Program-made: the position numbers and the translations under genes
Shown: piece by piece, positions 38,821 through 52,619 of the stretch
Layout: every line of letters starts with the position of its first letter
How positions within the stretch are numbered: the first letter of the stretch is position 1
The notes under the pieces: model-generated
Seen by the model: only the letters and a program-made list of their open reading frames with translations
Told to the model about the DNA's origin: nothing
Database searches by the model: none
DNA from: Octopus sinensis
Lineage: Eukaryota
DNA: 64,000 nt
Direction: 5' to 3'
Assembly (NCBI RefSeq): GCF_006345805.1
Contig: NC_042998.1
Span: forward strand, 78,058,001 to 78,122,000

Positions 38821-41373
38821 TAGTTTTATTTTTATAGCGTGCTTTCACTTCAGTACCGAGCGCAGCTCTGTGTTCCTTAGGTATGTGCTGTGATTTGTTG
38901 TGATGCTCTGATGGTTATTGTATGGAAAGTGTTCTGCGTAGGATGTGTGCAGCGCCTAGTAGTGCAATTTTATGTATGTTATATGTGTTTGCAAGTCCTG
39001 GTGTTTTTGTCTGAATATTTTTTTATCATGCCTAATGCGCCTACTATGATAGGAATTGCTTCTGTTTTTAGATTCCACATTCTGGTTACCTCTATTTCCA
39101 GGTCTTTGTATTTTGAGAGTTTCTCCATTTCTTTTAGAGACACGTAGTCATCTGCCGGTATTGATACATCAATTAGAAAGCATTTTTTTCTTCATGATCT
39201 CTGACAACTATATCTGGCCTGTAGAACTTAATTTCTCTATTTGTGTGTATCGGCACATCCCAGAGTATGGTTGCTTTCTCGTTTTCTGTGACCTTTTCTG
39301 GTGTGTGCCTATACCATCTTTTTTCTGTTGTTATTCCATAATGTTGGCATAGCTTCCAATGTATGTAGGTTCCAACTATGTCATGTCTGTGAATATATTC
39401 CTTCTTAGCCAGGACTGGGCACCTAGAGATAATATGATTTATTGTTTCTTGTCCATCTCCACATATTCTGCAGTTACTTGTTATATTTTTTTTCATTACA
39501 TGTTTTTGGTAATTTCTGGTGGGGAGGCTTTGGTCTTGTGCTGCAATTAAAAATCCCACTGTCTCTGCTTTGAGTCCTGAGCTTCTCAACCATTCCTGGG
39601 ATTTTTTTTGTCTATTTCTTTTGCGTTTAGTTTAGTCCAGTATTTACCATGAAAGGGCTTTTCTTGCCATCGTTTTATCATGGTTCGTTGCTGTTCTATT
39701 TTTAGTTTGGATTTCATTTGTTTTATAGCTTTTGTTGTTTCTTCAACTTCTTCTTCTTCTTTATATTTATTAGGTGGTATGATTTCTTGTTTGCATTTGT
39801 CAGCTTCCTTAAATACTGAGAACAGTTTTTTGTTTTGCTCGTGTTTTGCCGCTATTTGTATCAGTTTTCCTTCCTTCTGAAGTAGATATTTTTGAAGTCT
39901 TATGGTGGTTATTTTATAGTAGTTTTCCATCTGTATAAGGCCTCTACCACCTTCTATACGTTGTATATATAGTCTTTCTATGTCAGATTTTGGGTGATGC
40001 ATCCTAGATCCTGTCATTATTTTTCTTGTTTTCCTATCTATTTTGGTCTGTTCATTTATTGTCCAGTTAAGGATATTGTAGCTGTAACTTATAACTGGGA
40101 CAGCTAAAGTGTTAATACCTATTATCTTGTTTTAGCATTGAGCTCTGTTTTTAGTATTGATCTAACTCGTCTATAATATTCTTTTTTTATTTTCTCTTTC
40201 ATTTGTGTGTGTTGTGTCTTATCTAGTTCATGGATTCCTAAGTATTTGTAAGTTTGGCTTTGGTTTAATTCTTTTATTTCATTGGTTTTATCTAGTGTGA
40301 TGTTGCTACTCTTAACTAGTTTTCCTCTTTTCATGGTTACTTTGGCGCACTTTTCTAATCCAAATTTCATATCTGTCTTTAATAGTGTTTCCAGCTGTTT
40401 GTCATTTGCAGCGTATAGTTTTAGGTCATCCATATATAAAAGTTGGCTGATCGTTTTGTCGTAACATTTATATCCGCATCCAGTTCTATTTAGCATATCA
40501 GATAGAGGTGACAGTGCCAAACAGAAAAGGAGTGGAGAGAGCGTGTCTCCCTGGAATATTCCTCTTCTAATGGGGATGTCTTTGGTTTTCATGAGTCCCT
40601 CTTTTGTTTGGAGCTGTAGCACTGTTTGCCATTTATTCATAGAGTGCCCTATGAATTTTATAATTGTTGGTGCTACTTTGTTAATGGCTAGTGTTTCGAG
40701 GATCCATGTGTGGGGGATGCTATCAAACGCCTTTTTGTAGTCGATCCAGGCCATACTGAGGCCTTTCTTCTTTCTGTGGCTGTCTTCAGTTATGGCTTTA
40801 TTAATCATTAGTTGATCTTTACAGCCATATGAGCCTTTGCGGCATCCTTTCTGCTCTTCTGGGAACAGGTTGTTTTCGTCCAGGTGCTTGTTCAACCATT
40901 GCGATATCACTGCAATAAATGCCTTGTACATTGTAGGGAGACAGGTTATTGGTCTGTAGTTTCTAGTTTTACTGTCTCATTTGATTTGGGAATTAAGATG
41001 GTTTTCCCCTTCGTGAGCCATTCAGGCATTGTCTCTGGCTCTGCTAGTATGTTGTTAAAGTTTTCAGCTAGCTTTTTGTGCATTCCTATTAGATATTTTA
41101 ACCAGAAGTTGGGGATCTTGTCATGCCCAGGTGCCTTCCAGTTGCTTAGTCTTTGCAGTGCCTGGGTGACCTCTTCAGTTGTAATGGGGGTCCAAAGTTG
41201 CTCAGATGCTGAGTTTGTTGTTTTAATACTCCGTTTTTGGTTGCTCGTTCGCCGACCATATTTCTCTCCAGAATTCTTCCACTTCTTCTGCCGTTGGTTC
41301 TGCAGTGATTTCTATTTTATATTTGCCAAGTTCTTGGTAGAACTTTTGGGGGTTGGAGTTGAACTTTTTGTTT
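38818..41373 (-). mobile_element. 5'-truncated R4/Dong-like LINE (family A), RT plus REL endonuclease
   Basis: ORF 40122-40931 WIDYKKAFDSIPH, GIFQGDTLSPLLF, LLYMDD; CRIC..ETINHIISRC; RPDI; (ATT)n flanks. Confidence 0.95.
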
Positions 41374-41438
41374 TGTTGTTGTTGTTGTTGTTGTTGTTCT
41401 TCTTCTTCTTCTTCTTCTTCTTATTATTATTATTATTC

Positions 41439-41508
<70 letters not shown>

Positions 41509-41545
41509 CATTATTATTATTATTATTATTATAATTATTATTATT

Positions 41546-42099
41546 GAGTGAGAGAGCAGTTCATGCCATCAAAGTGACACTGGGGTAAAATATACGAAGT
41601 CCAATATACCCATCATGACTACCCGTCTGATAAGGGTACACCAGGCACATGCATCACAACCATATGTGCGCGACATGGTGATCTCATATCAAGATAAACA
41701 GCACATGACCTTGCAGGTGGGGCCCAGTTAGAATTTTCTTCAGGTTGAGCAGCCCATCCCGCTCAAAAGGTCCCTGAATAAGGGTTGTTTAAGGATGTTG
41801 AAAGAACCACCCATGTTTCCAGAGGTGAATTATTCAAACCCCAAAGAATCCCTCTCAACACATGGCTATGATGCTCCCCCACTACTTCTGCTCGTGATCA
41901 GAGATGCACATATCGTCAGCCACTAAGGGACATGCTCAACTGGTTAAGGTCAAACAACTGACAAGCAAATCTGTGGTATTGAGCAGAATATTTGCTGTAG
42001 CCCCTCCTTTGTACCAAAACAAAACAATGTACATGATAACACTTCCAATCAGTTAAGATCAGAAGCCATGAGAGCCACTGCCTGGTACTGCATCAGGGC

Positions 42100-42103
<4 letters not shown>
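41546..42103 (-). mobile_element. 558-bp non-coding (TAA)n-associated element, copy 2
   Basis: Fixed ends gagtgagagagcagt...catcagggcattt within (ATT)n. Confidence 0.88.
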
Positions 42104-42136
<33 letters not shown>

Positions 42137-42146
42137 ATTATTTTTA

Positions 42147-42209
<63 letters not shown>

Positions 42210-42210
<1 letters not shown>

Positions 42211-43369
42211 TTTTTTTTTCTTCTTTCAAATTTGCTTCCATTTCTTGCCGAGTGTCTTCCCGACTCCTAGGGCAAAGAAACTCATAGCATACATTGGTAG
42301 GCCATTAAACCAAACTCAGTAGTTCGTTCATTATTTTTTTTTTTTTTAAGTTAAATTAAAATACATGAGCAGCAACAGTTCTCACATCGACAATGCTCTT
42401 CTCAATACGTGTGATGTACCAGTTAAGACAATCTTTTGCACTTCTTGCAGGGATGGTAAGCCAGGGATCATTCTCATATAATTTTCGGTTCCCTTCTTGA
42501 TCATTCCTAGTGCTCCTACGATCACTGGTATTGTAACCGCCTTGAGATGCCACATTTTCTCAATTTCAATGAGTAGGTCTTTATATTTTCTGAGCTTGTC
42601 AAACTCTTTCGCTGAGATATTATGATCACAGGGGATGCTCATGTCGATCAATAAGCAAACTTTATTGTTTTGGTCTTTCACAACAATATCTGGTTATTGG
42701 CCTTGATGGTTCGGTCAGTATGTACTGGAAAGTCCCACAGAATGGTTACATTTTCTCCTTCAGTTACAGCCTCAGGGTGGTGATTATACCACTTGTCGGC
42801 AGTTTTGATATTGTAATGCCGACTTATTAGCCAGTGGAGATATTGGTCAACTCTGTCATGTCTTAATTTATACTCCACTGGTGCTAAGACTTTACATCCA
42901 TGTTTCAATCATGTCGTTGCAGAATCGGCATTTTGGGTCTGCTCCATTTTTCATCACATTGGCCTGGTAGTTCCGGGTTAATAGGCTTTGATCTTGAGCA
43001 GCCAGGATGAAACCTTCGCTCTCTGCTTTTAGCCCTGAGCTCCGTAGCCACTGATGGGTTTGCTACTGGTCAACATCAGCTTGTTTGCTGCGGGTCACAT
43101 ATTTGCCGTGCAGAGGTTTCTCCTCCCACCTATCAGCCAATTGCTCGTGTGCTTTCTTCATTGCCATCATTTTCACCTTCTTTGCAACAATAGTTGCCGT
43201 ACTTCCCTCGGGTTGTTCAGTTTGGGTATCCTGCACGAGATCAATAGCAAATTTTTTGCTTTCCTTTATGATAGAATGAAGCTTCTTTCGTCTCTCGTGA
43301 TTTTCCACGAGCTTTAGCATCCAGTCATTCGATATTTCGAGATATTTGGCCAGTCCAATTGTGGTTGTT
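42210..43369 (-). mobile_element. 5'-truncated R4/Dong-like LINE (family C)
   Basis: KPLHGKY, AQDQ, RHD, ILWDFPVHTDR, KLRKYKDL; 3' UTR distinct from families A and B. Confidence 0.92.
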
Positions 43370-43380
43370 TATTATTATTA

Positions 43381-43460
<80 letters not shown>

Positions 43461-43518
43461 TAGTTTTATTTTTATAGCGTGGTTTCACTTCACTACCGAG
43501 CGCAGCTCTGTGTGCCTA

Positions 43519-43658
<140 letters not shown>

Positions 43659-43695
43659 CATTATTATTATTATTATTATTATAATTATTATTATT

Positions 43696-44249
43696 GAGTG
43701 AGAGAGCAGTTCATGCCATCAAAGTGACACTGGGGTAAAATATACGAAGTCCAATATACCCATCATGACTACCCGTCTGATAAGGGTACACCAGGCACAT
43801 GCATCACAACCATATGTGCGCGACATGGTGATCTCATATCAAGATAAACAGCACATGACCTTGCAGGTGGGGCCCAGTTAGAATTTTCTTCAGGTTGAGC
43901 AGCCCATCCCGCTCAAAAGGTCCCTGAATAAGGGTTGTTTAAGGATGTTGAAAGAACCACCCATGTTTCCAGAGGTGAATTATTCAAACCCCAAAGAATC
44001 CCTCTCAACACATGGCTATGATGCTCCCCCACTACTTCTGCTCGTGATCAGAGATGCACATATCGTCAGCCACTAAGGGACATGCTCAACTGGTTAAGGT
44101 CAAACAACTGACAAGCAAATCTGTGGTATTGAGCAGAATATTTGCTGTAGCCCCTCCTTTGTACCAAAACAAAACAATGTACATGATAACACTTCCAATC
44201 AGTTAAGATCAGAAGCCATGAGAGCCACTGCCTGGTACTGCATCAGGGC

Positions 44250-44253
<4 letters not shown>
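43696..44253 (-). mobile_element. 558-bp element, copy 3 (within the duplication)
   Basis: Essentially identical to 41546-42103. Confidence 0.88.
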
Positions 44254-44286
<33 letters not shown>

Positions 44287-44296
44287 ATTATTTTTA

Positions 44297-44359
<63 letters not shown>

Positions 44360-44360
<1 letters not shown>

Positions 44361-45519
44361 TTTTTTTTTCTTCTTTCAAATTTGCTTCCATTTCTTGCCG
44401 AGTGTCTTCCCGACTCCTAGGGCAAAGAAACTCATAGCATACATTGGTAGGCCATTAAACCAAACTCAGTAGTTCGTTCATTATTTTTTTTTTTTTTAAG
44501 TTAAATTAAAATACATGAGCAGCAACAGTTCTCACATCGACAATGCTCTTCTCAATACGTGTGATGTACCAGTTAAGACAATCTTTTGCACTTCTTGCAG
44601 GGATGGTAAGCCAGGGATCATTCTCATATAATTTTCGGTTCCCTTCTTGATCATTCCTAGTGCTCCTACGATCACTGGTATTGTAACCGCCTTGAGATGC
44701 CACATTTTCTCAATTTCAATGAGTAGGTCTTTATATTTTCTGAGCTTGTCAAACTCTTTCGCTGAGATATTATGATCACAGGGGATGCTCATGTCGATCA
44801 ATAAGCAAACTTTATTGTTTTGGTCTTTCACAACAATATCTGGTTTATTGGCCTTGATGGTTCGGTCAGTATGTACTGGAAAGTCCCACAGAATGGTTAC
44901 ATTTTCTCCTTCAGTTACAGCCTCAGGGTGGTGATTATACCACTTGTCGGCAGTTTTGATATTGTAATGCCGACTTATTAGCCAGTGGAGATATTGGTCA
45001 ACTCTGTCATGTCTTAATTTATACTCCACTGGTGCTAAGACTTTACATCCATGTTTCAATCATGTCGTTGCAGAATCGGCATTTTGGGTCTGCTCCATTT
45101 TTCATCACATTGGCCTGGTAGTTCCGGGTTAATAGGCTTTGATCTTGAGCAGCCAGGATGAAACCTTCGCTCTCTGCTTTTAGCCCTGAGCTCCGTAGCC
45201 ACTGATGGGTTTGCTACTGGTCAACATCAGCTTGTTTGCTGCGGGTCACATATTTGCCGTGCAGAGGTTTCTCCTCCCACCTATCAGCCAATTGCTCGTG
45301 TGCTTTCTTCATTGCCATCATTTTCACCTTCTTTGCAACAATAGTTGCCGTACTTCCCTCGGTTGTTCAGTTTGGGTATCCTGCACGAGATCAATAGCAA
45401 TTTTTTGCTTTCCTTTATGATAGAATGAAGCTTCTTTCGTCTCTCGTGATTTTCCACGAGCTTTAGCATCCAGTCATTCGATATTTCGAGATATTTGGCC
45501 AGTCCAATTGTGGTTGTTT
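44360..45519 (-). mobile_element. Duplicate of the family C Dong-like LINE
   Basis: ORF 44532-45059 with NKPDIVV intact. Confidence 0.92.
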
Positions 45520-45529
45520 ATTATTATTA

Positions 45530-45603
<74 letters not shown>

Positions 45604-45661
45604 TAGTTTTATTTTTATAGCGTGGTTTCACTTCACTACCGAGCGCAGCTCTGTGTGCCTA

Positions 45662-45729
<68 letters not shown>

Positions 45730-45751
45730 CATTATTATTATTATTATTATT

Positions 45752-46340
45752 CAGTAGTTTTATTTTTATAGCGTGCTTTCACTTCACTACCGAGCGCAGC
45801 TCTGTGTGCCTTGGGTATGTGCTGTGATTTGTTGTGATGCTCTGATGGTTATTGTATGGAAATTGTTCTGCGTAGGATGTGTGCAGCGCCTAGTAGTGCA
45901 ATTTTCTGTATGTTATATGTGTTTGTAAGTCCTGGTGTTTTTGTTATGTATTTGTCTGAATATTTTTTTATCATGCCTAATGCACCTATTATGATAGGAA
46001 TTGTTTCTGTTTTCAGATTCCACATTCTAGTTACCTCTATTTCCAGGTCTTTGTATTTTGAGAGTTTCTCCATTTATTTTAGAGACACGTTGCCATCAGC
46101 CGGTATTGATACATCAATTAGAAAGCATTTTTTTTTCTTCATGGTCTCTGACAACTATATCTGGTCTGTTGGCCTTAATTTCTCTGTCTGCGTGTATCGG
46201 CATATCCCAGAGTATGGTTGCTTTCTCGTTTTCTGTGACCTTTTCTGGTGTGTGCCTATACCATCTTTTTTCTGTTGTTATTCCATAATGTTGGCATAGC
46301 TTCCAATGTATGTAGGTTCCAACTCTGTCATGTCTGTGAA
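45752..46340 (-). mobile_element. Short family A Dong-like LINE 3' copy (60-bp tails of the same family at 43458 and 45601)
   Basis: EKLSKYKDLEIE; 3' end matches 38818-38880. Confidence 0.92.
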
Positions 46341-46361
46341 TTATTATTATTATTATTATTA

Positions 46362-46425
<64 letters not shown>

Positions 46426-46430
<5 letters not shown>

Positions 46431-46740
46431 AGAAACAATAAGAAGAGTGCGACTGTTATCGAATGAACAATATTTCGACGTCTCGTGTGTCTTCCACAAG
46501 TTCAATATAGATATCTCTGATGCAATTCTTCCAGAAAGTAAAGAAACAATTGATATGTATATTTCTTTACTTTCATGAATAACATCAATCATTTAAATAT
46601 CACCAAAATGTAGTAGATTAAGATGCTTATTTTGAACTTCTGGAAGACACACGTGATGTCGAAATATTGTTCATTCGATAACAGTCGCACTCTTCTTATT
46701 GTTTCATTAATTTCTGGAGGCGTAATCTCAATCCTTCAAA
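46426..46740. repeat. Fold-back element with about 85-bp inverted arms carrying a degenerate hammerhead-like motif
   Basis: Arms 46426-46509 / 46626-46711; left arm on minus reads tgaac-TTGTGGA-a-gac..gtc-GAAA-ta-TT-gttca. Confidence 0.85.
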
Positions 46741-46760
46741 TGCTGTTGTTGTTGTTGTTG

Positions 46761-47020
<260 letters not shown>

Positions 47021-47604
47021 GAATTATTATTATTATTATTATTATTATTGTTGTTGTTGTTGTTGTTGCTGTTGTTATTATCTCCATCATCATTTTAATT
47101 ATCATAGTTGCTATGATAATAACTGTCCATAGGTTAAATTCATCAATAAAATTCTATTCCCTGATTTTTCTGTCAATTTCACTTGACTTTTGTAGTTTAT
47201 AGAATGGGAATAAAATGAAATTTTGTGACCACATGTTGCCAGATGGATGCTTAAAGGCATTTAACGGACACCATTGTCCCTAATTTGTTTTCGGTGCATT
47301 CGTGAACGTTCCGGTAATACATTCCAAGTCTAACCAACGTATATCTCTTCATAATTCGGGCATTTCACACAGTAAATTAAATTTCTGCAGCAATATGGCT
47401 GTTGAATGTTATTATTGTTTTAACCCCGGGCAGATCTTCCACCAGAATGAGCAAAGCTAGCTCGAAACCGAGTCGATCTTTTAATCCCCTTGTCTGCTGG
47501 GGAGTAGTTGGGTTCATTCCCCTGCTTGCAATATATACAAGGTGCATGCTGCACGTATAACCAGTTGATGGAAGATTTGCCTTGGGTTAAAACAGTTGAA
47601 ACGT

Positions 47605-47760
47605 TCTTTTCTATTCTAGGCATAAGGCCCGAAATTTTGGGGGAGGGGGCGAGTCCATTAGATCGACCCCAATACGCAACTAGTACTTAAAATATCGACC
47701 CCGAAAGGATGAAAGACAAAGTCGACCTCGGCGGAATTTGAACTCAGAACGTAAAAACAG
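47605..47760 (-). mobile_element. Group 2 SINE
   Basis: Core plus a tail like that at 21830-21880. Confidence 0.88.
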
Positions 47761-48454
47761 TTAAATATATATGAATTTAGAGAGGAAGAAAGAGAGCGAA
47801 GAGAAAGATGGCATACATTTGTGAATTAGTAACCTAATTTATATAACAGTAAACAATAATTATATGTTTCTCGTGAAATCTTTAAGCATTATATTTATCG
47901 GCGTGGCTACTATAAATATTCATACAACACACGCTACAAGTTTTTTAACGCAAATGTTTATTGCCTGTAGTTTTGCTATAATAAATTTTCGGTTAAATAC
48001 ACCAAAAGAGTAATATAATTGGTGATAGAATATTTACAATATACATCAACAGGTAATCAAAATTGTAGTCATACTCGAGCCTGTTTTTAACGTAGGTTTT
48101 ATGTTTTATTACATATGATGCTTCTTTCATTGTATATTTAATTTCCATGCTTAACAGAAACACGCCTTATGCTAAAAGTCGAAGCCTTTCTCCTGGTACT
48201 ACGTCGGCATATTGCTAATGATGAAAGTGTTGATTTAATTATAAAGGGAAAATGACAGAGTACACGATGCACAGGACTACTAGCTCATGAATGTTTAATT
48301 CAAATATTTTTGCTGGGACTTTCTTGCATTTTCGTCCAGATAACTTTCTTCTCTATCATATTCGGAATATTACCAGTTATTTATATGCGATAAACTTTCG
48401 TCTCAAGCAGAGTAGCAGCTTCATATATTCCTGTCCTGAAAACAAAGTTAGGTG

Positions 48455-48662
48455 TGTGCCTTTGTCTTCGTGTTCATTTCCCACCATCACTCAGCAACAG
48501 GTTTTGATATGTTTACGTCTCTGTAACTTGGTTCGGCAAAACAGACAAATGGAATATGTATCAGGCTTTAGAGAATAATAGTAATTTTGATTCGTTCGAT
48601 TAAAACCATTCAAGGTGGTTCACTAGCATAATCGCAGTCCAATGATCGAAACAAATAAAAGA
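48455..48662 (+). mobile_element. Group 1 SINE 3' fragment
   Basis: gtaacttggttcggcaaaa...gcagtccaatgatcgaaacaaataaaa. Confidence 0.7.
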
Positions 48663-48669
48663 TGAAGCA

Positions 48670-49735
48670 TCTGATCTCATTTTCTTCGCCCATTTATTCC
48701 TAGGAGCGTGGTGGGAACAGAGTCTTCAAGCACACCATCAACCGGGACCTCTCGGAAACAACTGTCTCTAAATGATCCAACTGAAACCAACCGAGCTGAT
48801 GGATATCATCCAACCACCTTGTTCGCGATTTACTCCTGGGTCTCCTGTTGGTTGGTTTTGCTCATAAAATCTGTCCAGTGATTCCTTTTTGTGACATCCT
48901 TACCACACGTCCATGGTACCGGTGCTGTGATCTCTCAATTCGGAGAAGTATAAGCTAAACTTGGAGTACTTCTCTGATCTCCAAGCTACGAACTCTATCA
49001 AGAAACGTTTCTCAAAATAGCCTTCAGGGGAACCTCATCTCTGCCGCTTGTATTCACGACCGTATTCTTTCTGTCATTCTCCAATATTCATGACTATAGG
49101 TAAGAGTAGGCACGAACACCGAATTGAAGATAACGAGTTTAGCATTTACACCTACTTCCTTTCTTTTGATGACACAATGCCTAAACTGGTGCACTGTTGC
49201 GCTAATTCATGTAATCCCTACGCTTAATTTAGCCTCGTGCCTTCCTTCACTTGTGAAAACAGTCTCTGTGAAATTGAGCGAGGCTGTTTTGTAGACTTCG
49301 CAAAGGCATACGACCGTGTCCCACCAAACTTGTGGTTGGAATTTCTGCTGTATTAATGGATCGATGGATAGCTTCTTGTTGTCCTGGAATTCCTAGAAGA
49401 ATGTCCTAGGATTTGTGTTTAAATAAATGGTGGTAAGTCGAAATCATTCAGTGCTGTTGTCAGACTCCATCAAAAGTGCATACTGTCATCTCTCCTGCTC
49501 ATGGTGTTCATGGACAGGATTGACATGCGCAGCTGGGTTGGAAGTGGTATCGAGAGCGCCGGATGTAAGATTAGTCGCCTGGAATTTTCAGTGACATATG
49601 ACTGCTCGACTTGCCTGAGTGCTGTTCGGTATCAATTAAAATTAATGCTGCGAAAACTGAGACATTCGTTCTCTCAAAGAAGCCGGTAAAATGTGCTCTA
49701 TATGTCAGTGGCATTCGACTGAAGCAGGAAGTGTG
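48670..49735. mobile_element. RTE-clade LINE fragment with a 5' inversion
   Basis: Plus 49270-49735: CFVDFAKAYDRVP..CILSSLL..KINAAKTE; minus 48670-49265: VFTSEGRHE onward. Confidence 0.8.
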
Positions 49736-49770
49736 ATGGAATTCAGGAGGCTCAACAAAGATAAAAGCTT

Positions 49771-49835
<65 letters not shown>

Positions 49836-50039
49836 ATAATTTTATAATAATTTTCAGGGAAATGTTTATTCATTGCTATTATTAAACATCCCATGTGCCC
49901 CTCAATTGGAAACGTGAATGACAAACCTTCATCTTTTCTTTGCATGTCTTCAAATAGGCTTCAGTGGACTGAATTTTATGGACACTATTTTAACCCATCA
50001 GCATACGGCCTAAATGTCACGCTTTGATGAACCATTCTG

Positions 50040-50830
50040 ACGCAGCTGCGGCAGATATTTGTTAAAAAGCTGTCAAACAAGTCTGGCAATTAAAAGTACC
50101 TCTCCTAACCAGGTGATTTGCCCCCAACCTAACATGTGTAAGACAGCTTCGTATCCCTTATTTCCGCGGTTTTTATCGGCATTTCGCAACACTGTTGCAG
50201 TGAGTTGTGACATGTCGTCGAGGTAGGCACTAAAGTTCATCCTGCGTTTCGGCCTGCTATTCGTTTCAAACACTTGGAAGAAGTGCTGAAATGCCACACA
50301 CATCTACACGGGTTCGAGTACTATGCGTTCAGTTTCGTCCACCACAAACCGAATTGTGGCTTCGTTACCAAGTTGCGTCTCTAGCAGTAAGGCCTATCAT
50401 GCAGCTTTTGTTCCCTTGATTTCTAGAGCATGCGCCTTAGCTCTGACAATGCATCCTTTGTGATGAATCAGTCCAGGGCGAATCTCCTCATGACCATGAC
50501 ATTGCGATGCGTTACCTGAATGCCACTTCTAAGTTTCTATCTATTCTATTCCTTTCTGTTGCTAATGCCTTACTAAACCTAATCGATTCTTCTCTGCCTT
50601 TTTCAGGACAAATCACCATTTGTTGTTGACGACTGAACCCGTCAACGCTCACTTAACTAATCCACTAATCAAGTATCTATAACCTTGGCACGTCGGGAGT
50701 GACACGTTCAGCTGACAGTAACCGGGTTCATGCCTACGAATTACATCTGAGTGGACGGTGCAGATCCCAAGTAGTGTGGCCTGCGTACCTGACGATTTTA
50801 AAAAGTGGGCAACTTATACTATCCTTATCT
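50040..50830 (-). mobile_element. Decayed Tx1-type ORF2 fragment
   Basis: RALTGSVVNNKW and MCVAFQHFF are homologous to RALTGTIINNKW and MCEAFHEYF at 14800-15500. Confidence 0.8.
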
Positions 50831-50929
50831 ACGTGCCTACAGAAAATTCTGTCTAGATACGACCTAATTTGATGTAGTGAACTGAAGGTTTTTGGTGGAG
50901 TGGTAGGAGGATCCGGAAGTTGATGGCTA

Positions 50930-51400
50930 GATTATGGAGACAGAACACAGGGCGAAAATAGGAGTATAAGCAACGATAAAACAAGCATAGAAAAAACAAA
51001 GGAAAACAACGTGAAGTCTGACAAAACAAAACAAATTTCTGTACAAAAATTTGTACAGCGGACGAATAGTACCACGTGTGAAAAGGTGGACAACAATTTA
51101 TACAGAGAGACGAATCTCGAAGAAAGAAGGATCGCAAGAAGCCTTAACGTCAGCAATAGTATAGAGTACCTTCCTGCACGTAAGGCCTTTATCACCTTTA
51201 AAGAACACAAAGCCAATTTTAGTAGATACCCTAAATGTAGACTAATTAACCCAGCTAAAAAACAGACAGGGATAATTAGCGAGAATATTTGAGATCCTAT
51301 TCTACATATGATTAGTAGAATTATAGAATTATCCTTATGGGGTAATAGTAAAAGTCTGTTATAGACTGGTTTATGGGCATTAAAGATAAACAACTGTAAA
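50930..51400 (+). mobile_element. PLE fragment, probably the same clade as 31450-31989
   Basis: AFITFKEHKANFSRYPKCRLINPAK motif. Confidence 0.75.
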
Positions 51401-51401
51401 T

Positions 51402-51507
<106 letters not shown>

Positions 51508-52086
51508 TCGGAATAAAGTTGAGATCGAATTTTTCTTTTGTTCTGGTCTATCAACAAATTTAGGTGGATATAGTGACTACAGTAGCTTGTCTTCATGGTA
51601 TGTTCTTTTTTTTCAATTTAGTATCATTTATATTGTAAAATGTTCCTTTCGGTGAAATTAACTGTAATTGAGAGTTTCGGTTAAGGAAACGATGGAAGTG
51701 ATATATTTACTTGTACTGATATTAAATATGATAGTGGCTAAGCTAATGTTGCTTAAGGTGACGATAGTAATCGTTTCGTTAATGTTCTTAGCGATAATGA
51801 CGTAAGAAATTTAAATGGTAAAACACTTGACAAGAAAAAACAAACAAATTCGTGAACTTTTTTTCATTTTATTTTCTTTGAAAAGTTTGATCAAAGTTTC
51901 GTATTGCTGATAATTTGATAAAGAAGAAGAAACATAAGAAAAACTCAAGAACAAACGACAACACTTTGTATTGAAGCCGAGGATTCCCATATGATGATGA
52001 AATCAGCAGTCAGAGTGAGGCATCGAACATACCAATTCTAACTTTAAAAATCGTTATTCTACAAACATACTGAATTCTCTCTATTC

Positions 52087-52162
<76 letters not shown>

Positions 52163-52619
52163 TTCTATCTATCTGTCTATCTATCTCTCTCCCTCTCTCT
52201 CTCTCTCTCACACACATACTATCTCCCCCTCCCTCTATTCCATAGCAGATCAAACTTATGCTTGTGTATATATATACATACATACATGCATGTATAGGTG
52301 CGTGCGTATGTGTTTGTGTGTGTGATTTTGAGTGTGTGTGTGGTTATTGTTCCGTTGAGTATTCCATCGGGTGAGTGATAAATGTCATTTACTGTACACA
52401 GTATAAAGATACGAGCTACTAATAGCTTCTTGCTGTGAAAACACGTGAAGACACGTGTCCATGCATATTCTTATAACATGCATTGTGTTTCCAAGCAATC
52501 CTGAGGCTCTGAGCACACGGTTTATCCTGTTTGAATATCAGGACGCTGGTACATGAGAAAAAATTAAAGAATGTTTGTGCAAGAAATGGAAGAGTGAATA
52601 AATACGGGAAATGAAAAGA

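Noticed and set aside
41546-42103. 558-bp element as telomerase RNA, U2 or 7SK
   Set aside because: No CCCUAA-type template and no extended match to the hallmark motifs of these RNAs.
47445-47480. gagc..gctc-GAAAC-cga-GTC hammerhead 3' half
   Set aside because: No CUGAnGA-like 5' core at the required position.
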